Of a stretch of DNA of 64,000 nucleotides, positions 29,401 through 39,049 are shown in pieces. The stretch spans positions 7,264,001 through 7,328,000 of the forward strand of contig OY970194.1 in assembly GCA_963708075.1 (NCBI GenBank), in the 5' to 3' direction. The notes beneath the pieces are model-generated. The model was not told the DNA's origin and made no database searches. It worked only from the letters and a program-made list of their open reading frames with translations. The stretch is from Sedimentisphaerales bacterium. GTDB taxonomy: Bacteria > Planctomycetota > Phycisphaerae > Sedimentisphaerales > Anaerobacaceae. How positions within the stretch are numbered: the stretch's first letter is position 1; every line of letters begins with the position of its first letter. The translations under genes were made by a program, and so were the position numbers.

Positions 29401-31114
29401 GCTCTTCCCGTCGCCGGTGGTGCTGGGCCATCTATCGCCCGACGGTTCCCGAATCGCCCTGGAGCTCCGAGACTGGTACGGCGGGCTCTGGCTGGCGAAG
29501 CTCGATCCGGCGGATTCGGTCCACCAGGCGGTTCGTTCCGCACGGACGGAAGAGCAGTACCTGCGGCAAAGCTGTCGTGACTTCGCCGGGGCGATTCGGC
29601 GAGGGACGTACCGCACCGACGCGGGCGCACACCTTTACGGCTTCATCACGCTCGTCAGCGGGTTAAGCGAGGCCTGTTATCGCAAGGGCCAGTGTGAGGA
29701 GGCTCTCGACACGTTCCGCTCGCTGGAGGATCTCTGCGACGCGCTTGGCTGGCAGCCCAGTGGCTCTACTGCGGCGATGGCGGCCATGTCGCTGCATCGG
29801 CTGGGTCGTTCGGACGAGGCGAAAGCGGCCTTGGAACGGCTGCGTCGGCTCCCGGCAGGCGCAGCCGGCACGCCTCGACAGGGCCTGCTCTACGAGGCGG
29901 AGAAAGTCCTGGCCGGCGAGGAAACCGAGCTCGGCAGGCTGTGGCACTGCCTTGAGGAGGCCAGAATAGACGACGCGGCACGCCTGATCCCTGAAATCGG
30001 AACGAGCGAGGAGGCTCGCAGGGTCCGCGCTACAGTGGCCGAGGCATTCTACGAACGGGGCAGAGGACGCAAGCACAGTGGCGGGAACTACAAGGATGCC
30101 ATCACCGATTATGCAAGGGCTGTGGAACTCGACCCGAACCACGCGGCAGCACGATGTGATCTTGCCTGGCTGCAGGCCGCCTGCCCCGTCTCCCAGCTTC
30201 GCGACGAGGATCAGGCCGCGGCGAACGCCACGCGGGCGTGCGAGTTGACCAACTGGACGGATCATCGATATATCGCCGCACTGGCGGCCGTCTCCGCATG
30301 CGTGGGGGACTTCGCGTCCGCCGCGTCGTGGCAGAGGAAGGCCATCGAATTGCTCACGGAGGAGAACAAGTCCTGCTGGCAAGGAGACTATGAGTCGCGG
30401 CTGCGCCTTTACATATCCGGTCAGCCCTACACGCATGGGGATTTATGGAGCTTCTCCACGGGTCGGATGCTTGGCTGGTGGAGATTCGACGAGGAATCCG
30501 GCAGTGCCGCAGCCGATGCCTCCGGCAACGGCAACGATGGCATGGTCACCGGCTCGCCGCAATGGCAATCGTCCGCCGGTCGGGTCGGCAGGGCCCTCCT
30601 GCTTCGGAATGGCTCCGTGCAGATTAGCGCGGAAGCTCCGTTCGATGTCACCGACGCAATAACGATTTCCGTGTGGACCCGCGTCGAAACACTCGACAGA
30701 TGGTGGCAGGCGCTGGTCACGAAGGGCGACAGTTCCTGGCGACTCCACAGATCCGGCGATGCTGACCGCCTGGAGTTCGCCTGCGACGGCCCGCAATCGT
30801 CAGGCGGGGGTGCGGCCAGCGCCAAAGGCAATCGGGTCATTAGCGACGGCCGCTGGCACCACATTGTCGCGACCTATGACGGCAACCGGATTGCTCTGTA
30901 CTTCGACGGGGAGCTGGATGCGTACTGTCCCGCCTCGGGCCGGATGCGAACAAACGACCATCCGGTATGCATCGGCGACAATGCTGAACAGCCCGGACGC
31001 TACTGGGACGGCTGGATCGACGACGTGCGCATCTACAGCTACGCGCTCAATGAAGCTGAGATTGCGGAGCTCTATAAGGCCGGACAGGAATCTGGCACGC
31101 CGTCTGATCGATAG
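26489..31114 (+). CDS. Membrane Hanks-type Ser/Thr protein kinase with TPR, TolB/PD40-like propeller and C-terminal LamG domains
   Basis: N-terminal CPQC..CPRC; IGEGGMAVVY, VALKIIK, HRDLKPSN, DFGIAK, GTPEYMSPEQ; TM; TPR-like helices; WSPDG repeats; GWWRFDE..DASGNGNDG..GWIDDVRIYSYAL. Confidence 0.93.
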   Translation: MSQEKQCPQCGGVLPSGTPEGQCPRCILQLVAAPEAGDGDTRAPSAPIEGPGTVIGPYKLLEKIGEGGMAVVYMAEQERPLRRRVALKIIKLGMDTRQVVARFDAERQALAIMDHPNIARVFDAGATEAGRPYFVMELVRGVSITEYCDRNRLSTQERLELFVPVCNAVHHAHQKGIIHRDLKPSNIMVTLHDGVPVPKVIDFGIAKAMNQRLTEQTIFTRYAEMIGTPEYMSPEQAEMSGLDIDTRTDIYSLGVVLYELLTGTLPFDAETLRSAAFTEVQRIIREQEPLRPSTRLSALGPEAQRIAEARHTDITALAKSLQKELEWIPLMAMRKDRTRRYRSAYEFSDDIRNYLDGRPLIAGPESAAYRLRKLLRKHRVPVATTAAIMAILLIGFVTSTWLYIRVQRAQHAMVTLERTVDADRKLSSAQRLQAEGRYKEALDVLEDYLKNGQAEPAARLLRANLLYTLDRFDEAQTELTSLLEGPPQIAGPAHCLLATIHMGSNPAKAQLHQQAGESLLPQTAEAYTLRGITADDSMATAAWLLKAVEMDPAYYPARKARALACEAVGDYATMTTDAEAMIVMRPKDALGYALRAITRREAGQYDAAMEDHNRAISLCDSQAELLELHDQRRRTLTQMREYQAALQDARYCATLRPNDLRNGFELLATLVLAGDYPGAKEQHAQLVRQPRYSFYKLWIYRYTFRLLIAGHSLELPKDIIGDEPFSLMQKATDQYRVCQTLGTCLVPSAFGVPGWSPDGKELAYGRIDLYGLRSGSPTSGAPLVYEPGRLEVLDIETGRVRVLATSGKTCAWSPDGRWIAFDRVPNRGPAGCASELWVVSATGGQPRYLARGDWPNWVGRTGQLFYHSGGCAYSLNVDDPLDKPESILACDPYFAVSPDGKYLAHSEADRLSVVEISSGQVKARWTAPPPDGQHGMALRWTPNGREVLAGGLHQGEMGLWSFDVEREKAWQLFPSPVVLGHLSPDGSRIALELRDWYGGLWLAKLDPADSVHQAVRSARTEEQYLRQSCRDFAGAIRRGTYRTDAGAHLYGFITLVSGLSEACYRKGQCEEALDTFRSLEDLCDALGWQPSGSTAAMAAMSLHRLGRSDEAKAALERLRRLPAGAAGTPRQGLLYEAEKVLAGEETELGRLWHCLEEARIDDAARLIPEIGTSEEARRVRATVAEAFYERGRGRKHSGGNYKDAITDYARAVELDPNHAAARCDLAWLQAACPVSQLRDEDQAAANATRACELTNWTDHRYIAALAAVSACVGDFASAASWQRKAIELLTEENKSCWQGDYESRLRLYISGQPYTHGDLWSFSTGRMLGWWRFDEESGSAAADASGNGNDGMVTGSPQWQSSAGRVGRALLLRNGSVQISAEAPFDVTDAITISVWTRVETLDRWWQALVTKGDSSWRLHRSGDADRLEFACDGPQSSGGGAASAKGNRVISDGRWHHIVATYDGNRIALYFDGELDAYCPASGRMRTNDHPVCIGDNAEQPGRYWDGWIDDVRIYSYALNEAEIAELYKAGQESGTPSDR

Positions 31115-31195
31115 TAGATTGGCTTGTCGATGAGTTGCCGGCTGTTGTCATCTTCAGGAAGAGCCTGTCTCCACGTCAATTCTCTCAGAAATCCC

Positions 31196-31220
31196 TGTAA
31201 CAGACTCCACAAAATTGCGT
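31196..31220 (+). promoter_or_regulatory. Putative ECF-dependent promoter
   Basis: TGTAAC-16 nt-CGT, about 80 nt upstream of ATG 31299. Confidence 0.55.
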
Positions 31221-31298
31221 GACTACCAGTGAGATGTCGTCGATTCAAGACGCTGCGATGCAGCAAGAAACAGGGATTCATTCACGAGGAGAACGACC

Positions 31299-33212
31299 AT
31301 GTGGAGAATGCGATGGACGGATGTGGCTGCGACGGTTCTGCTGCTGGGCTCGCTCGTGCAGGCGGCACAAGACGTTACGAGCCGGGATGATATTATCGTG
31401 GGCGTCCCCAATGACGGCGATTGGCCGAAGCAGGAGAGCCCGGCACGGGTGATCGACGATCACGCAAATACGAAGTACCTTCATTTCAAGGGAGATCGCG
31501 TCCCGGACGCAGGGCCCACGGGTTTCCGAGTTACGCCGGCGGTCGGGCCGATGGTGGTCAACGGGATGACCTTCACTACGGCCAACGATTGCCCGGCCCG
31601 TGATCCGATCGAGTTCGAGCTGCACGGCTCCAACGAGAGCATCGAAGGGCCATACAAGCTGATTGCCAAAGGCGAGATCGTGGACTTCAAAGAGACTTGG
31701 CCGTGGCCGCGCAGTGCAAAAACTGCAACCGCCATCGTGTTCTCGAACAACACATCCTATCGGCATTACCAAGTGCTGTTTCCAGCCATCCGTGACCCGG
31801 CCGACGCCTGCGCCAACAGCATGCAAATCGCGGAAGTCGAACTTCTGACGATAACTTACAAGGCCACTAGCCCGGAACCGCCGGAAGGCACCGTCATCAC
31901 TAGCCCCGTGCCCCTCCAATGGACGTCGGGCGAGACGGCCGCACTGCACGATGTGTATTTCGGCAAGACGCCGGAACTGACGGAGGCACATCTGATTGCT
32001 TCACTCCAGCCGGCCTATCCCGCGATGTGCCAGATGCCGGCCGACCTGGAACCCGGCGCAACGTACTACTGGCGTGTCGATCAAATCGATGGGAGTGGAA
32101 AAGTCTGCACCGGCGATGTGTGGCACTTTGTGGCCGCACCCAACACGGCATACTCCCCCAGTCCTCGCGATGGGGACAAATGGATCAGGACGGATGCCAT
32201 TCTGAGTTGGTTGCCGGGACGGACGGCAACAGCACACGAGGTGTTCTTCGGCACGCACAAGCAGGCCGTAGTCGCGCGTGATGCGAGTGTGTTCCAGGCA
32301 AGCCAGGTTGCACCAATCTACGGTCCGGGGCCTCTGGAGCCCGGCGCCACGTATTACTGGGCGGTCGATGAGTTGGATGGCGGCAGCAGGTATGAGGGCT
32401 CCGTCTGGAGCTTCACCACGTTCTCTGACGGCGGAGTGAAAGCGGAGTATTTCTCCAATATGACACTCTCGGGCAACCCGGCCGTCACGCAAATGGAAGA
32501 TCAGATTGATCATGATTGGGGCGAAGGCACGATTGCAGCCCTGCTCAATGATGGTGTCTCGGCACGATGGACGGCTGACCTGGAGATCGCGATCTCCGAC
32601 ACCTACACCTTCATTACCACAAGCGATGACGGCGTTCGGCTGTGGCTCGACGGTAAGCTGCTCATCGACAACTGGACGGGTCACGGTCCGATGGATGACT
32701 ACAGCCGCCCCGTAGAACTGGCGCCTGGAATCTATAGTTTGCGGATGGAATGGTATGAGGTGTGGATGGGCGCCATGGTCCAGCTCTGGTGGCAAACGCC
32801 GTCCACGAGCCGACAGATCGTCCCGGCCGGTCCCCTCCAGCCACCGCTGCGGGCCGGGCCGCTCTTCCCCGCAAACGGCGATGTGAATATGCCGGGGAAT
32901 GTCGCGATCAAATGGTTGGCGGGCGATCTGGCCGTCGCACATGATGTGTACTTCGGCCGAGATGCCGAAGCGGTCGCTGCAGCCACACCGGCTGATACGG
33001 CCATCTATCAGGGTCGCCTGCCGCTGGATCAGACGACATGGACTCCGGGTCCGCTGGAATGTAACCAGACCTACTACTGGCGAGTCGATGAGATCAATCC
33101 CGACGAGCCCGACAGTCCGTGGCGGGGTCGCATTTACAGCTTCACCACGGCAGCCTGCTCACCGCCTACTACTCCCAGCGTGGTCAGACGCGGGTCCCCA
33201 GCCGGGCGATGA
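31299..33212 (+). CDS. Secreted PA14-domain protein with a discoidin-like N-domain and three TYYW repeats
   Basis: Signal peptide; TKYLHF..FTTAND..RDP..FEL.GSN..SMQIAEVEL; GATYYWRVDQ/GATYYWAVDE/QTYYWRVDE; PA14 SARWT..YTF.T.SDDGVRLWLDG..IDNW; GAGGAG RBS. Confidence 0.87.
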   Translation: MWRMRWTDVAATVLLLGSLVQAAQDVTSRDDIIVGVPNDGDWPKQESPARVIDDHANTKYLHFKGDRVPDAGPTGFRVTPAVGPMVVNGMTFTTANDCPARDPIEFELHGSNESIEGPYKLIAKGEIVDFKETWPWPRSAKTATAIVFSNNTSYRHYQVLFPAIRDPADACANSMQIAEVELLTITYKATSPEPPEGTVITSPVPLQWTSGETAALHDVYFGKTPELTEAHLIASLQPAYPAMCQMPADLEPGATYYWRVDQIDGSGKVCTGDVWHFVAAPNTAYSPSPRDGDKWIRTDAILSWLPGRTATAHEVFFGTHKQAVVARDASVFQASQVAPIYGPGPLEPGATYYWAVDELDGGSRYEGSVWSFTTFSDGGVKAEYFSNMTLSGNPAVTQMEDQIDHDWGEGTIAALLNDGVSARWTADLEIAISDTYTFITTSDDGVRLWLDGKLLIDNWTGHGPMDDYSRPVELAPGIYSLRMEWYEVWMGAMVQLWWQTPSTSRQIVPAGPLQPPLRAGPLFPANGDVNMPGNVAIKWLAGDLAVAHDVYFGRDAEAVAAATPADTAIYQGRLPLDQTTWTPGPLECNQTYYWRVDEINPDEPDSPWRGRIYSFTTAACSPPTTPSVVRRGSPAGR

Positions 33213-33337
33213 GTGCCCGGGAAGCGGCGCTTCACCAAACCGCGGACGATCACTGTGAAGGCCAGGGTCGGCATCTTCATCGATTTGACCGTGACCAATC
33301 GTGAACCCTGGCGGGCAACGTCTCCGACGTCATCATC

Positions 33338-33406
33338 GCCGGGACTGTTTCAGGGCAGCGGCAGATCGCTGATATCAGCGGTGTCAATCCGAGCAACAGT
33401 CCCGGC
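33338..33406. repeat. Inverted repeat with an internal palindrome
   Basis: GCCGGGACTGTT/AACAGTCCCGGC (12 bp) around CGCTGATATCAGCG. Confidence 0.55.
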
Positions 33407-34144
33407 AGTTTTCATGTCACAAACGAGGATGCTTTCGGGCATCGGGGCACGATCTTTCACCGGGAATCGGATGCACCGCTCACGATGGAATAGAACGAAT
33501 GGAGGGTCCCGCCTGCCCACCCTCTGACCCTCGGCGTGGACGCCGCAGCGGTCGAGAGCATCTCCGGGCATTGACGACTGTGACCGACTAGCCAAAGCCG
33601 GCTCAGGGATAGTCCACTTCGATGATACCACGGTGCCGCGCCTTCAGTTTCGACTTGGAGTGCCCTGCGCGCTGCCGAGCGACCTGAATCGGAAAGTGTC
33701 GCGCCCGGTTCCTGATCGCCGATTCCCACAGATTCTGAGGTGTATGAGTGTACCTCCCATCAACCTTCCTTCCCGTCGGCAACCCCTGAACGGAGGAAGC
33801 GTTCTGTGATTCGCATCAGGGGCAGACCTATCATCCGTCGGGCATGCTTAGGATAACTAAGGGAAAGAAGTAAGCGAGAATGCATGTTTTGCTCAGTTGG
33901 CACGTCTGTGCCGTCGGCCATAGAATGCGGGTTACAGAATCGGCAGGTTTCCACAGGAAACTGAGAAGGACGAGTGATGAATGAGAGTGCCCGTAAATGC
34001 AGGGGATGCTGAGGCGGTGTCGTGCCGATTCAGTTCGCAACACGGAGTTGACGATCTCCAGGAGACAAAGGAGAAGACGTGCAGAAGAGACATTTCGAAT
34101 TCATCGGGATAGTAACGCGGAAAGAACCACCTTTAGGAGGAACA

Positions 34145-34537
34145 ATGATGCCAAGGAAGCGCAAGCATGTGGAAGCAGTGAGAAGTCCGCACACGACGAA
34201 GGTGCCGTTTGCGGTGGGTGCTCTGACTCTGTTGATTCTGCTGGTAGCGTTCGGTGATGTTGCCAGTGCGCAAGCCAGTACGTTCAACACTCTTGCGGCG
34301 AATATGGTTCAGAGCATCCTGAGTCCGAGCGCGGTCGATACGAAGGGTCCCGGTGCGAAAGGCGTGGTCGTGCCGCCAAAGCCGACTCTCCGCAGTCCGT
34401 ACCAGCCGCCATCGTGGACGCCCGGTCCACCGCCTTGGGCACCGGGTAAGCCAGACTGGGTTCCCGGACCGCCGCCGTGGGCGTCCAACAAGGTGAACAA
34501 CGCTCAGAAATCCACGCCTGCGAAAGCAAAGCGGTGA
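34145..34537 (+). CDS. Small exported or membrane-anchored Pro/Trp-rich hypothetical protein
   Basis: Strong AGGAGG RBS; hydrophobic segment ending ASA-Q; PPSWTPGPPPWAPGKPDWVPGPPPWA repeat. Confidence 0.7.
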   Translation: MMPRKRKHVEAVRSPHTTKVPFAVGALTLLILLVAFGDVASAQASTFNTLAANMVQSILSPSAVDTKGPGAKGVVVPPKPTLRSPYQPPSWTPGPPPWAPGKPDWVPGPPPWASNKVNNAQKSTPAKAKR

Positions 34538-34765
34538 ACGCGGGCAGGCACCAAGCCAAAGGCGGACAGCAGGTGATTCCCATGATTCGCAGAGCCCCCT
34601 GGGCTCGGATTGCTCGGAAATGAAGGGCGTGACGGGCCCAGGGAGCGCCACAAACTGCAAATACCATAAGCAGCGTTCAGGCATAGAAGGGAATTTCTGC
34701 GCCAATCCTCAGGCGGGGCGGCATGGCTTCTGCAGAGGGGCGCGACACGACACTCGGGGGGAAGA

Positions 34766-35932
34766 ATGGACTCTGATGAGAAGAGCTTGTGTCGGTCCGG
34801 CAAGCGGCACACCACCAGAACGCGTACGAACTTCCTCGTATCGCTGGTTGTGGCAGGATGTCTGGCCGGTTGTGGGGACGGGGTTCGAATGCCTACAGCG
34901 GAACAACTCGCGGCCTTTGAGAAAACAAGCTACATGGAGCCCGTGGTCGATATGTCCCGGATCGAGAGGGCCAGACTCTACACGGGTCCTTACCGCGTGA
35001 TCCCCGGCGACGTGCTGGAATTCACGATGCCCGCTTTGCTGCGAGCGATCAGGGCGGCGGAGGTCCAGGCGGCACAGGCGCCCACGAGGGACGATCAGCC
35101 CTATATCTGCCGGGTCAACACGCGGGGCACAATCACATTGCCCGCCATTGGCGAGATAGGGGTGACGGGGATGTCGCTCGCCGAGATCGAGGAAAAAGTG
35201 ATCGAAGCCTACCAGCGTTACGTCGTTCTGCAGCCCTCCGTCTTCATTCGGGTGTTGGAATACAGGACCGCGAAAGTGTACATTACAGGCGCCGTCAAAG
35301 AACCGGGCGTCTATACGCTTCGATCGGATCAGATGACGCTGGTGTCGCTGATCACGGAGGCGAATGGCATCTCGGAATCCGGCGCGACCGTCGTGCGCAT
35401 CGTCAGGTCGAAGGACCAGACCGTGCCTGCAGAGAACAGGGAACTCGAGAGGGCCGCGAACCGGAGGACGAATTCCACGCCGGCCGGTATTGTCCTTCCG
35501 GTGGTGGGGATGAACATACCGTTCCGTGACGTGGCCCTCGATGAAGGCGACACTGTGGTGGTCGAGCAGATTCAGATGCCTCTATTCTCGGTCCTGGGCC
35601 TGGTGACCAAGCCTGGCAACTTCGAGTATCCGCCGACGGCAGAGTACAATCTCGCGCAGGCGATCGCGTTCGCAGGAGGCCTGGATCCGATAGCCGATCC
35701 TCACTATGCCACGATCTACCGTTTGAATGGAGATGGCTCCATCCTGCGGATTCCCTTCGAGTTCGTGAAGAAGGACGAGCTCACGGAGGCGTTAAGCACG
35801 CGGATCCGGCCCGGGGATGTGGTGGCCGTCGAACATACACCCCGGACACGGGTCAACACATTAATCAACAACCTGGTCAGGATCAACGCAGGCATTTATG
35901 TCGCGGCTGACGACTTGTGGAATAAGGACTGA
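34766..35932 (+). CDS. wza: Polysaccharide export outer-membrane lipoprotein (Poly_export plus SLBB)
   Basis: Lipobox LAGC; YRVIPGDVL, G.ITLP.IG, VYITGAVKEPG, VLGLVTKPG..AIAFAGG. Confidence 0.85.
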   Translation: MDSDEKSLCRSGKRHTTRTRTNFLVSLVVAGCLAGCGDGVRMPTAEQLAAFEKTSYMEPVVDMSRIERARLYTGPYRVIPGDVLEFTMPALLRAIRAAEVQAAQAPTRDDQPYICRVNTRGTITLPAIGEIGVTGMSLAEIEEKVIEAYQRYVVLQPSVFIRVLEYRTAKVYITGAVKEPGVYTLRSDQMTLVSLITEANGISESGATVVRIVRSKDQTVPAENRELERAANRRTNSTPAGIVLPVVGMNIPFRDVALDEGDTVVVEQIQMPLFSVLGLVTKPGNFEYPPTAEYNLAQAIAFAGGLDPIADPHYATIYRLNGDGSILRIPFEFVKKDELTEALSTRIRPGDVVAVEHTPRTRVNTLINNLVRINAGIYVAADDLWNKD

Positions 35933-35947
35933 TGGGCGGACCACAAT

Positions 35948-38244
35948 ATGGCTGACAGAGAGAGAAAGACGGCCGCTGCAGACGACGGTCGCGTGCCAGG
36001 CTCACAGGGGGTAGTCCGGGGGACAGGAGTGGGGGATGGTCTTTCCGAGAGCATGCTTGAGGTTCTCTGGCACCGCCGCTGGACTGTGCTGCTTACAGGC
36101 ATCCTGGCGCTTGGAGGGGCCATCGTCTATCTGCAGCGGGCCACGCCCCTGTACACGAGCACCTCGCGCGTTTACGTGGAGCAGACGGGTCCCAAGGTCT
36201 TTGACAAAGATGAGCAGGGCGTCATGACGCGCTCGACCAACTATCTCTTCACTCAGGCTGAATTGCTTCAGTCCACGGCGATCCTCTCCGACGTCCTGAA
36301 GACGCTGGATGCGGAACAAATCCGGACATTAGCCAATGTAAGCAACCCGATGCTTGTCCTTCGCAGAGGACTGATGACCGCCGTTGGCAGGAAGGATGAT
36401 CTCATCAGCATCTCCTTCAAGTCACCCTATCCCGATGAGGCGGCGCATGTTGTCAATACCGTAGTGGATTCGTACATCACGTTTCACGACCAGCGCAAGC
36501 GGAGCACCGGGGCCGAGGTGCTGAGGATCCTCAAAGACGAAAAAACCAAGCGGGATGACGAACTCGTCCGCAAGCTCAAGTGCATGGTGGAATTCCGCCA
36601 GAAGAACGAGGGACTGGCTTTCGGGACCGACCAGGACAGCAACGTGATTCTGCGCCGTCTGGAGCGGCTCTCGGAAGCGCTGACCGAGTCTCAACTGGCC
36701 GTCGTGGAGACCCAGACATTCTACCGGCTGGCCCGGGAGATGGCGGACGACCCGGCGACCCTCAGGCAATTCGTCGAGGCCCAGCGGGCCCGAGGAGTGT
36801 ATATCTCCGTCGCCAGCGAGGTGGCCTCGCTCCGATCGGACCTGAATCGCATCGAGCGTGACAGGGCCGATTCATTACGGGAGCTGAGAACCCGGCCATC
36901 CGGCGATTGCGGCCGTGAACGCGGAACTCGAGCGGCTCAAGAGGCAACTCCTCGAGCTGGACGTGGAGTATGCGAAAAGTCAGGTGGCCGTTGCCGAGCA
37001 GCAGTACCTCACCGCCAAGAAAAAGGAAGAAGAACTGAAGAAGTACTTTGAGGAGCAACGTCAGCAGGCCATCTTGTTGAACAATCAGTTGGCGGAATAC
37101 ACGATCCTTCAATCGGATTATGAGCAGACCAAGAAGCTCTGCGACCTGCTGGATGATCGGATCAAGGAGCTCGATGTCAGCGCGGAAGTCGGAGGCGCTG
37201 AACATCAGCATTCTCGAGACGGCCGAGCCGGCCACGGAGCCCTCTGACCCTCAAAAGGCAAGGATGATCGCCATGGCGTTGGGCCTGGGACTCTTCGCCG
37301 GCGTGGGCTTGGCGCTGGTGCGTGAAGGAAAGGACCAGCGGCTGCGCTCGACGGAGGAAATCTCCGCGCTGCTCGGACTGCCCGTCCTGGGGGTGATTCC
37401 CTCGATGGCCTCGCCTCGTCAGACGCCTGCGATTCGCGGGCAGAAGGTGCGGATCAGCCCGGACTCGCGTGAGGCCGAGGCCTTCCGCACGGTGCGCACC
37501 GCCGTGTTTTTCGGGGCGCCGAAGGACGAGGCCAGGACGATCCTGTTCACCTCGCCGGCGCCGGGCGAGGGCAAGAGCACGGTCACAGCCAACCTCGCGA
37601 TTGCCATGGCGCAGGCCGGGCAGAAGGTCCTGGTCGTCGATGCTGACTTCCGCCGTCCAATGCAGCACAAGATCTTCAGCCTCGATCGAAAGACCAAGGG
37701 GCTCAGCGCTGTTCTGGCGGGCCAGGCGACCCTGGAACAGGCCACCGAGCACACGGGATTGGAGAATCTGGATGTCATCACCTGCGGGCCGGACGTGCCG
37801 AACCCGGCCGAGATGCTCAACAGCGAGAGCTTCACCCGGATCATCGAGAAACTGACCAGCCAGTACGACCGGATTCTGGTTGACTCGCCGCCGGTCATGG
37901 CTGTCACCGACGCCCTGATCCTGGCGGCGGTGTGCGATGTGACCATCCTGGTCCTTCGGGCGGGGGCTTCAATGCGCAAGATCAGTATGCAGGCTCGCGA
38001 GGGTCTGGCGAGCGTGGATGCAAGGGTGTTGGGCGCCGTTGTCAACGATGTGTCGCACAAGGGCAGCCGGTATGGCTACTACGGCCGGTATGGCTACTAC
38101 TACCACTATGACTACGGCAAGAACGGCGGCCACAAGGGACACAGGCACTCCGGGCAGGCGGCCGCCGGGAGACTGACGACACAATCACGCGAGCCGATTG
38201 CAGATGCAGAGGGGAAATCACGCGATGGCACCATACGGAAATAA
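35948..38244 (+). CDS. wzc: Polysaccharide co-polymerase / BY tyrosine autokinase, with two +1 frameshifts (about 36890 and 37192)
   Basis: TM plus TPLYTS N-terminus, coiled coil, second TM, EAFRTVRT, Walker A SPAPGEGKS, VDADFRRP, DSPP, Tyr cluster YGYYGRYGYYYHYDY; three consecutive ORFs join. Confidence 0.88.
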
Positions 38245-39049
38245 CACGTTCGATGGATTCGATCCCGCCGCCGCGGCATCTGGACCTCGCGGCTTCACGG
38301 ATATCCATTGCCACTGTCTGCCCGCCCTGGATGACGGGCCACGGGACATCGCCGGGACCCTCTCCCTGTGCCGGGCGATGGTCGAAGACGGGATCAAGCA
38401 GGTTGTGGCGACACCCCATCAACTCGGGCGCTTCGACGGCCGCTATGAGGCTGGATTCATACGCCGCGCCGTCACAGAGTTGAACAGGGTTCTTCGTGAG
38501 AATGGAATCGCTCTGACTGTCCTGCCCGGCGCCGATGTTCGGCTTGACGAGCGAATCCCGCACCTTCTGGAGTCTGATGCGGTGCTGACGGTGGCTGACG
38601 CCGGGCAGTACCTGCTCCTCGAATTGCCGCACGAAGTCTTCATCGATCCGCAGGTCCTGCTGGAGCGGCTCAGAGAAATGGGAGTGATCGCGGTGATTAC
38701 CCACCCGGAGCGTCACAGCTTCCTGGCGTCCAATCCCACCTATGTGGATCGCTGGCTCGAGTATGGGGCCTGTTTGCAGATCACTGCCGGCAGTCTCCTG
38801 GGGTATTTCGGCCCACAGAGTGCCGAGGCGGCGATGACATTCCTCCACATGGATCTGGCCGTCGTGGTCGCCACGGATGCACACGGGACCGACACCAGAC
38901 CTCCGTGCATGACCGCGGCGTACCAGTGGCTGAGCAGGGAGTTGGGGCAAGCCGCGGCGGACATCGTGTGTGTCCGGAATCCGAGACGGGTAGTCGCCGG
39001 AGGCGAGCTGGCGCCCCTGGGCGAGGGTCTGCCCAAGGAGGCCAGGTGA
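38225..39049 (+). CDS. PHP-family tyrosine-protein phosphatase (CpsB/CapC-like)
   Basis: DIHCHCLPALDDG, VATPH, YLLLELP, ITHPER, VATDAH. Confidence 0.9.
   Translation: MAPYGNNTFDGFDPAAAASGPRGFTDIHCHCLPALDDGPRDIAGTLSLCRAMVEDGIKQVVATPHQLGRFDGRYEAGFIRRAVTELNRVLRENGIALTVLPGADVRLDERIPHLLESDAVLTVADAGQYLLLELPHEVFIDPQVLLERLREMGVIAVITHPERHSFLASNPTYVDRWLEYGACLQITAGSLLGYFGPQSAEAAMTFLHMDLAVVVATDAHGTDTRPPCMTAAYQWLSRELGQAAADIVCVRNPRRVVAGGELAPLGEGLPKEAR

Noticed and set aside
38060..38120. Short tandem DNA repeat GCCGGTATGGCTACTAC
   Set aside because: Explained by the Wzc C-terminal tyrosine cluster.
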